Positions 57,602 to 64,000 of a stretch of DNA of 64,000 nucleotides are shown one piece after another. Made by a program: the position numbers and the translations under genes. Each line of letters begins with the position of its first letter. Position 1 is the stretch's first letter. Below the pieces are notes generated by a model, which was not told the origin of the DNA, searched no databases, and saw only the letters and a list, made by a program, of their open reading frames with translations. The DNA comes from a virus (lineage: Duplodnaviria > Caudoviricetes), in the IMG/VR virus record IMGVR_UViG_3300032229_000798, positions 2,199 through 66,198 of that record; one strand, written 5' to 3'.

Positions 57602-60600
57602 ATGAAGCAGATAAGTTTATTTACACATATTGACAGAACTTCTTCACCTCAAAAGTCGGTCGGTATCGAAGAAACCCTCGACTTAATCAAGAATCCCAAA
57701 CACAAGGATTTAATTCTTCTAGCCAGATCAGCTGGGAAAACAGCCACCACCGACTTTGAAAATGGCGGTAGGTACTATATTGACTATGACCAGTATAACA
57801 GCGTATTCAGAAATGACTATGTCGTTAAAGAATTGAATGAAATCTTTGACAGTACACTAAACGACATTATTTTTTACAGTGAGAAGTTTGTTCCCTCCGA
57901 AATCAAATCAAGGCTTGATTATTATGGCGTGAAATATTCCAAAATCATCAAGATAGATGACTTTGTGGAATATTTTCAAAACAACACAAATAACAACGCC
58001 TTTATCTCTTTTGTCTGGGGTGGATATGATACCATCAAACAGGAGAAGACCGAACAGAAAGGCAGATTTAAAATCACTGTAAGAAACTTTTACACTTTCA
58101 TCAAATCCACAAAAGTTCCAGTAGTAACATGGAATGCGCAGTTTGAATCCAAACGCGCAATCAAAAACATTGTAAATCTTTCTTCTTACATCTATATGGA
58201 TGTGGATGACTTCGCTGAAACGTCAGAGGACAGGGTTTATAAAATCCTTACAGATAATGGCTTGTCTTTTGTCAAAGCCGTTTGGAAATCTTTCGGTGGA
58301 ACTGGTTTTGGTTTTTTGGTTGAAGTGGACGGCCTTACAATGGATAACTTTAAATGGACGTGGATGTCTATTGCCAAGAAATTCAATGAACTGGGCGTTA
58401 AAGTGGATAAAGCGACTAAAGACATGACACGTATTAATGTCCTGTCTTATGACGAAAACATTTTCATACGTGAAAAATGCAGCCCCCTCGCAGCCACAGA
58501 TTCACTCCCAGAAAATCAGATTGAAATAAAAGTAGAACCCTTGAAAGACGAGGCGAAAATTGAAATCCTCGAACAAGTGGTTTCTGGTCTTTATTACAAC
58601 GACGATAATTTCAACAAAGATGAAGGCAGACTTTCTTACAGGTTCTACCAAATCCTTTTCTCGAAGTTAAACCACATTGGGATAACTTTGGAAGACACTA
58701 TGACATTTTTAAGTCAGAACCACAGTGTCTATCCTGATATTCTCAATAACAAGAAATATAGTATTTATGAAATCGAATATATTGGAAAGAACCAATATAG
58801 CGCCTATTCACATCAATTCGGGACGGTAACGGTTGAAAAGAACCTGCACGTTTCAGATGATTTTATTGTCTTGGGAATATACAAACCCTTCAAAGGCGAC
58901 ATTGACCTGAAACTTAACGACCTTTTTGAAAAGGCCGTCCAAAAAGAATCAGACGCAAAAGCAGTGGTAGTATATTTGGCTTTGATTGCGAAACGTGCTG
59001 GAATATCCGCCAACGATGTGATTTTTTATGTTGAGAAGAAGTATGGATATAACCCAGACGACAAATTCAAAATCAAGAAATTATATTCCAACCCAAAATA
59101 TCCTTTTGGTTTGCAGGTCAAGTTAAAATCAAACATCGCAGAAAAAAGGCGGCAATATTTTATAGAAAAGCTGACCAGCGAAGGAAAGATTGTAAATATT
59201 GTCGATGGAGTTGATGGTGAAAAGTATCTGCCAAATATTGTTAAAAAACATTTTGGTTTCACCAAAGTCACTGACAAGAACGCTACTGGATTATGTCGAA
59301 ATTATTTTAAGGAATGTAACTCTTACAACATCCCCTTATTGGATGCAATAAAGTTTCTTGTAAAAAATTCAGAGTTTCATTCTATTTCTCGATATGCAAA
59401 TCATTACGGAGTAGAAGTTTATGAATCTTACGCCCCCTACGCAGGTATCAATGTGAGCCGACCCGTAGAGGAGAAAAAAAAAATCAACCGCATAGATTAT
59501 CTTCCAGCCAACAAGAAGTTATCTGACCTTGGTTTAGAGATAGAGGACAATACTATTCTTTGGGCTGATACTGGAATGGGTAAGACCACTTGGGCTTGTA
59601 CTCAATCCGATGACAAACGTATTATGCTTGTACCTACTGTGGGAGCATTGAAGAATATCGAAAGCAAGTATGGTGCAGCGACCTACTATGAGGGAAACAA
59701 GAATGTCTGTGCAGATGATTATTTGATTGTCTGCACATATTCTTCTGCACCAAAACTGTTCTCCCTTATTCAAAATTGGGATGGAGGTTTAGGTAATTAT
59801 ACTTTGATTGTAGATGAACAACACAACTTCGCTGTATCTTCTGCAAAGGATTACAGAAACAGTGAGTTAAACTTTGTAATGGACCACATTCACTTCTTTA
59901 AGAAGCGTGTTTTTATGACAGGCACATTGTTCCCTGTCGAACACCCTTCAATCAAGGATTTGAAAATCCACAGGGTGAAATGGGAAGAGCAGACAACAAA
60001 AAATGCTTTTTTTGTTTGGTGTGAAGACAAGTATAAGGCAGTTGAAAAAAATCTTGTCAAAGGTAAAAAGAATATCATTTATCTTCAGGACAAGCGGATG
60101 AACAAACAACTTGGAAAACTGGTTGACTATCTCAAAGGAAAGGGATGGAACTCAATTTATTTGCTTAATGCGAATGAAAAAAATGAACCACACTTCAAGA
60201 GCTTGGTCACGACTGAATACCTTGAAAAAGACGCGGAAGTGGTTATAACTACGTCTGTGACTGTTGAAGCAATCAATATTTTGGATACTGATGTCGAAAC
60301 AGTTCAATTTCTGACATTCGAGAATCCAAGGCTCATGGAGCAGATGGTAAACCGTATGCGCAAAAAATTGCCGTCCAAAATCTTTATTTACAAAAAAACA
60401 AAATCTGACACTGTAAATGACACTATAAATGAAAGTTGGTTTAATCCAGTTTCAAATCAGGTAGATTTGGTTTCCAATGCAGAAAGTTTGCTTGGCTTTT
60501 TATCGAAGCCAAAACAAAAGAAAAATGATACGTATGACACTGTCTCTGCTCAAAAACTGTTTGCCAATCATATTTTTGAGAAGTCTATGCTTTTCAGAGT

Positions 60601-61744
60601 AAAGAGTGATGAATCTGCTTGGGATGTTGATTATCTTTCGATTGCCAATAAAGTCTTTAATGATGAAACCAACTATGCCAAGAACAATCTGGAATATCTT
60701 AAAAGTATTTTGAGTGAATATGGTTGGTCTTTTGGGGAGGATTTGGTGGACGGCGAAAAGTTGACAAAAGAGGAGAAAGATTCTTTTACAGAAAAGAAAA
60801 AGGCTATTGAAGAAGAGATGAAAGAATATTCTTTGAATGTACTGGAGAAGGTTTCTAAAAAGACTTTATCTGAATTAAAACAAGAGGTTGAAAACAAGAC
60901 AGTGTTTGATAATACACAGTACCCAGACATTGAATGGGATGTCAGGATAAAGGTTTTGAAACTTTCAAAGTATATGGAGCATTCCGAAGCCTGTAGAATG
61001 GTTTTGGAACTGATTGATGTACATAACAATTCAGATGAGAAGTTTAATAAAGTCATGCGAGAAATAGCGGTTAAAATTGCAAGGGAAAGCGGTGTATTTG
61101 ATAACAGTATTTCTTTGAATAATAAGTTTTCTCAATCGGTTGTTTCTCTTTATTTTGAGCAAAAGAAGAAAAGTACCAACGGTATTTTGTTTACCAAACA
61201 GGAAATTGTTGAATGGTTTAATAGGAGAAAAAGGTTTAATATTGTTTTGAAGGATTTGGACGGCGAAAAATATGCTATCGAAATTTTCAGCAAATACTTT
61301 GAGATAATTCCAGTTTTGAAGGGCACAGAAGTTCAATTTAAGCTCGGAGGTATTAACTCGATGAACGATGTTTCGGAGTTTACACGGAAGTTTTATGAGT
61401 GGGCAGAGATTTCTGCTGAATGTGAACTTTCATTCAATAGTGATGAATTGGCCAATATATTAAATTCTTTCAGGAAGGACTTGCCTTTTCTATCCAAGTT
61501 CAAGTTGGATAATAAGCAAGCATTAAAACTTCTTGAGGATTATGTTACGGTTAAGAAAACAAGTAAGCGTGAAAACAAGAATGTGAAAACCTGTTACAAA
61601 ATCACTGAACTTGAACCAAAGTTAACTAAAGGATACGAAGTCAAAATTAATCAGGAAGTTAAAAAAAGTGAAACAACCCTTTCGGATTTTAATGATGTCT
61701 TCATCAAACAAATTTTTGAAAAAACTTCTAAAAAATTTAAATAA
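57602..61744 (+). CDS. primase-like (BT4734/VirE-N type) / SF2 helicase fusion protein
   Basis: YIYMDVD, KSFGGTG, DKATKDMTRINVLSYD in the N-terminus; ADTGMGKT, IVDEQH, MTGT, QMVNRMR helicase motifs; start moved to ATG 57602 because the promoter lies within the longer ORF. Confidence 0.7.
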   Translation: MKQISLFTHIDRTSSPQKSVGIEETLDLIKNPKHKDLILLARSAGKTATTDFENGGRYYIDYDQYNSVFRNDYVVKELNEIFDSTLNDIIFYSEKFVPSEIKSRLDYYGVKYSKIIKIDDFVEYFQNNTNNNAFISFVWGGYDTIKQEKTEQKGRFKITVRNFYTFIKSTKVPVVTWNAQFESKRAIKNIVNLSSYIYMDVDDFAETSEDRVYKILTDNGLSFVKAVWKSFGGTGFGFLVEVDGLTMDNFKWTWMSIAKKFNELGVKVDKATKDMTRINVLSYDENIFIREKCSPLAATDSLPENQIEIKVEPLKDEAKIEILEQVVSGLYYNDDNFNKDEGRLSYRFYQILFSKLNHIGITLEDTMTFLSQNHSVYPDILNNKKYSIYEIEYIGKNQYSAYSHQFGTVTVEKNLHVSDDFIVLGIYKPFKGDIDLKLNDLFEKAVQKESDAKAVVVYLALIAKRAGISANDVIFYVEKKYGYNPDDKFKIKKLYSNPKYPFGLQVKLKSNIAEKRRQYFIEKLTSEGKIVNIVDGVDGEKYLPNIVKKHFGFTKVTDKNATGLCRNYFKECNSYNIPLLDAIKFLVKNSEFHSISRYANHYGVEVYESYAPYAGINVSRPVEEKKKINRIDYLPANKKLSDLGLEIEDNTILWADTGMGKTTWACTQSDDKRIMLVPTVGALKNIESKYGAATYYEGNKNVCADDYLIVCTYSSAPKLFSLIQNWDGGLGNYTLIVDEQHNFAVSSAKDYRNSELNFVMDHIHFFKKRVFMTGTLFPVEHPSIKDLKIHRVKWEEQTTKNAFFVWCEDKYKAVEKNLVKGKKNIIYLQDKRMNKQLGKLVDYLKGKGWNSIYLLNANEKNEPHFKSLVTTEYLEKDAEVVITTSVTVEAINILDTDVETVQFLTFENPRLMEQMVNRMRKKLPSKIFIYKKTKSDTVNDTINESWFNPVSNQVDLVSNAESLLGFLSKPKQKKNDTYDTVSAQKLFANHIFEKSMLFRVKSDESAWDVDYLSIANKVFNDETNYAKNNLEYLKSILSEYGWSFGEDLVDGEKLTKEEKDSFTEKKKAIEEEMKEYSLNVLEKVSKKTLSELKQEVENKTVFDNTQYPDIEWDVRIKVLKLSKYMEHSEACRMVLELIDVHNNSDEKFNKVMREIAVKIARESGVFDNSISLNNKFSQSVVSLYFEQKKKSTNGILFTKQEIVEWFNRRKRFNIVLKDLDGEKYAIEIFSKYFEIIPVLKGTEVQFKLGGINSMNDVSEFTRKFYEWAEISAECELSFNSDELANILNSFRKDLPFLSKFKLDNKQALKLLEDYVTVKKTSKRENKNVKTCYKITELEPKLTKGYEVKINQEVKKSETTLSDFNDVFIKQIFEKTSKKFK

Positions 61745-61757
61745 AAATCATAAAATT

Positions 61758-61967
61758 ATGAAAGACATTTTAAAATATATTGAAACAGGTGTTTCAATTG
61801 AAGGCAATCCAAAAGATGGATATACGGTCTTTACAGTTCCGACACAACATTTTAAAATCTCCTCTTTAGAAGAGTTAACAGCTTATAAATTTGAAGAAAT
61901 GATTAAAAGGCAAGAAGATTATGAAAAATCGTCAAATGAATTATTAGAATTATTTGATATTTTTTAA
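61758..61967 (+). CDS. small hypothetical protein
   Basis: MKDILKYIE... 69 aa from ATG 61758. Confidence 0.55.
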   Translation: MKDILKYIETGVSIEGNPKDGYTVFTVPTQHFKISSLEELTAYKFEEMIKRQEDYEKSSNELLELFDIF

Positions 61968-61998
61968 TTTTTATTACCAATAATCGGCACTTTTGCTT

Positions 61999-62006
61999 TA
62001 TCTTTG
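61999..62006 (+). promoter_or_regulatory. Bacteroidota -7 promoter element TATCTTTG
   Basis: Intergenic, about 35 nt before ATG 62041. Confidence 0.6.
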
Positions 62007-62040
62007 CCTAAGATTTAATAACCATTTAAAATAAAAAAAC

Positions 62041-63531
62041 ATGGAATTTGTACCGAGCAAATATCAGCAAGATATTTTCGACGTCTGGGAAAAAACAGAC
62101 AAAAATATTTTGGTTAGTGCCGTTGCTGGAAGCGGCAAAACCAAAACGACTTTGGAGTTGATGAAGCGCACACCCGAACATATTAAGGGTATGTACGTCG
62201 CATTCAACAAACATATCGTAAAAGAAATCCAGGAAAAAAATCCGCCGTCCAACTTCATAATCGGAACCCTGCACAGCAGGGGCTATCAAGCCGTTGCAAG
62301 GTCGAGTAGGACGAAATTGAAACTGGATGAATGGAAAAGTTTCTCTTTGATTAAATCCCACATCAAAGAAAACGCTGACATTTGGAAAGACGTACAAAAA
62401 AACAAGATAAATGGTAAAATTGCATCCATTTGTGAGTTTTGGGATTATTATAGGCTCTCCAATCAAAAAGACCTTTCCAATTTCAAATCTCTTGTTGAAA
62501 AGTACAACCTCAATGTTTCTTTTTCAGATATTAAGAAGATTGAAAGCAGTATCAAGGTATTGAATGAATATAATGCCAAGAGAAACAACCACAATCCTTT
62601 TGTGATTGATTTTGTTGACATGATTTATCTTCCAGTCCATTTGAATCTTCATATAGACCAAGTGGATGTTTTGATGATTGATGAAGCACAAGACCTTTCG
62701 GTTATCCAACATGAATTTGTTAAAAAGCTGCTGAAGGAAGGTGGAAGGCAGGTTGTTGTTGGGGATCCACACCAAGCAATCTATAATTTTGGGGGAAGCG
62801 ACATTGAAAGCTGGAACAAATTTTCCGAAATGCCAAACGCCGTCCAACTCCCCCTCTCCTTCTGTTACAGATGTTCAAAAAATATCGTAAATAAAGCAAA
62901 CGCCGTCCACAATATCATGGAATCTCCAGAATGGATGCAAGACGGTGAGATTATAGAAGATGGTAATTTGCTTTACGTTAAATCTGGTGACTTCGTACTT
63001 TGCAGGAATACAAAACCTTTGGTTGAACTGTATTTTACTTTGTTAAACCTTGAAAAACCGTGTTACATTAAAGGAAGCGATATTGGTAATGGATTGATTA
63101 AGGTGTTGGATGAACACAAGAAATTATCAAGTGCCAGCACCTTAACAGAAATGAATAAAGAGCTTAACAAAATCTACAGGGAGCTTATTGCATACGGCGT
63201 CCAACAACCACAAAAAAATCCTAAATATCTCTCTTACAAAGAGAAAATAGATATTGTGAGCCTATTTGCAATGAAATGTAGGACTACATACGAAATCATC
63301 GAAAAGATTAAATCAATTTTTTCGGATGATGGAAAGGGTATAGTTCTTTCGACTATACACAAGGCTAAAGGTCTGGAGGCAGAGGATGTCTATATATATC
63401 TGCCAAGTCTTCTCCCTTCAAAATATGCAGAGACAAAGATTGAATTGGAGCAGGAAGCCAATCTGTTATATGTGGCGATTACAAGGGCGAAGAAAAAATT
63501 AACCTTTGTTAAAAACGAATTTACGTTGTAA
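62041..63531 (+). CDS. UvrD/Rep-like SF1 helicase
   Basis: AVAGSGKT, IDEAQD, VGDPHQAIY, YRC, STIHKAKGLEA, YVAITRAK. Confidence 0.92.
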   Translation: MEFVPSKYQQDIFDVWEKTDKNILVSAVAGSGKTKTTLELMKRTPEHIKGMYVAFNKHIVKEIQEKNPPSNFIIGTLHSRGYQAVARSSRTKLKLDEWKSFSLIKSHIKENADIWKDVQKNKINGKIASICEFWDYYRLSNQKDLSNFKSLVEKYNLNVSFSDIKKIESSIKVLNEYNAKRNNHNPFVIDFVDMIYLPVHLNLHIDQVDVLMIDEAQDLSVIQHEFVKKLLKEGGRQVVVGDPHQAIYNFGGSDIESWNKFSEMPNAVQLPLSFCYRCSKNIVNKANAVHNIMESPEWMQDGEIIEDGNLLYVKSGDFVLCRNTKPLVELYFTLLNLEKPCYIKGSDIGNGLIKVLDEHKKLSSASTLTEMNKELNKIYRELIAYGVQQPQKNPKYLSYKEKIDIVSLFAMKCRTTYEIIEKIKSIFSDDGKGIVLSTIHKAKGLEAEDVYIYLPSLLPSKYAETKIELEQEANLLYVAITRAKKKLTFVKNEFTL

Positions 63532-63532
63532 A

Positions 63533-63582
63533 TAAAAAACTCCCAAAGATAAGATGATTTCTTTTTCTTTGGGGGTTTTTTT
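63533..63582. terminator. bidirectional terminator between convergent genes
   Basis: AAAAAACTCCCAAAGA...TCTTTGGGGGTTTTTT stem. Confidence 0.7.
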
Positions 63583-63904
63583 ATGCTATGTAGGCATTCA
63601 ATTCATAAGTTTCCTTATTATTGTCCATTCTATATATTTGAAAATGAAGTGCTTTATTTTTCACTTTCTCACCATTTTTGAATAAACTTAAAGTTATTCT
63701 GTTTGTTTCTCCTTTCTCTGGTTTTTTTGGTCCTAATCCAATTTTTTCACTCATTTCTTCGCCGTCCAACTCATATCCCCGCTCCTCTGCATATTTTTTA
63801 GCTGCATTAACTGCACTGGTGTAAGAATCATGGTAAAGCGGGTAAGGACTTTTATTATCTTCAGTAATCTTCTTGTAGGTTTCTTCTGTGATTTTTATTT
63901 TCAT
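63581..63904 (-). CDS. hypothetical protein with ITE leader
   Basis: MKIKITEETYKKITED...YELNAYIA; ATG 63904 preferred. Confidence 0.65.
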   Translation of the reverse strand: MKIKITEETYKKITEDNKSPYPLYHDSYTSAVNAAKKYAEERGYELDGEEMSEKIGLGPKKPEKGETNRITLSLFKNGEKVKNKALHFQIYRMDNNKETYELNAYIA

Positions 63905-63914
63905 GTTTTTATTA

Positions 63915-64000
63915 TTATTTTGGGGGAGTATTTGATTCAATATATTCGCTTTCTTCTTCGTCCCAAATTAAACCTGATTTCCAAACACCTCCTTTCCAAA
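63915..64000 (-). CDS. 3' end of a gene running off the window (W-x-x-G-x-W repeat-like)
   Basis: Read manually: ...WKGGVWKSGLIWDEEESEYIESNTPPK*. Confidence 0.45.
   Translation of the reverse strand, partial: WKGGVWKSGLIWDEEESEYIESNTPPK

Larger units (their letters stand above)
1513..63768. repeat. dispersed short motif TGGACGGCG(AA) / (TT)CGCCGTCCA, 47 exact 9-mer copies counted
   Basis: Manual count: 27 copies on + and 20 on -, positions listed in findings. Confidence 0.95.

Noticed and set aside
1513-63768. Treating the dispersed motif as a CRISPR repeat, IS end, promoter or ribosome-binding site
   Set aside because: Copies are only 9-13 bp, irregularly spaced, in both orientations and nearly all intragenic, with no fixed distance to start codons. 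No spacers, cas genes or transposase are present.
1513-63768. Identifying the motif as the Neisseria DNA uptake sequence
   Set aside because: Only GCCGTC is shared (here GCCGTCCA versus GCCGTCTGAA), and the promoters point to a Bacteroidota host. Kept as an analogy only.
1-64000. Alternative genetic code (TAG or TGA recoding, as in Lak or some crAss-like phages)
   Set aside because: Core genes are full-length under code 11 with high coding density. TGA stops occur in ATGA overlaps, and TAG ends the phosphatase gene at 22881.
1-64000. tRNA, rRNA, integrase or prophage attachment sites
   Set aside because: No cloverleaf, rRNA-like stretch or recombinase gene was seen. Intergenic gaps are short and largely explained by promoters, terminators and the 64-bp repeat.

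Overview
This 64 kb window is part of a large, AT-rich, lytic myovirus-type (T4-like/jumbo) phage genome. The host is most likely Bacteroidota, based on TAnnTTTG promoters. It uses the standard genetic code and is densely coding. It carries a contractile tail/baseplate module (sheath, tube, chaperones, tape measure, hub, spike, gp25), a replication/recombination module (family B DNA polymerase, DnaB-like helicase, RecA-like protein, 5'-3' exonuclease, probable SSB, primase-SF2 helicase fusion, UvrD-like helicase), nucleotide metabolism genes (nrdA, nrdB, thioredoxin, dUTPase), a gp55-like late sigma factor, a glycosyltransferase cluster and lysis-type genes. No tRNA, rRNA, CRISPR array or IS element was seen. 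The strongest unexplained signal is a GC-rich non-palindromic motif, TGGACGGCG(AA). I counted 47 exact 9-mer copies by eye, plus near-matches, on both strands, almost all inside genes and in several reading frames. This points to a DNA-level marking system laid over the coding sequence. Other signals are a 64-bp intergenic repeat present twice, a TATTTAT late-promoter-like motif, a likely -1 frameshift in the tail chaperone genes, and putative virion-packaged effectors (ADP-ribosyltransferase-like, kinase-like) with I/L-x-E N-terminal leaders. All annotations come from motif recognition by eye, with no database searches.
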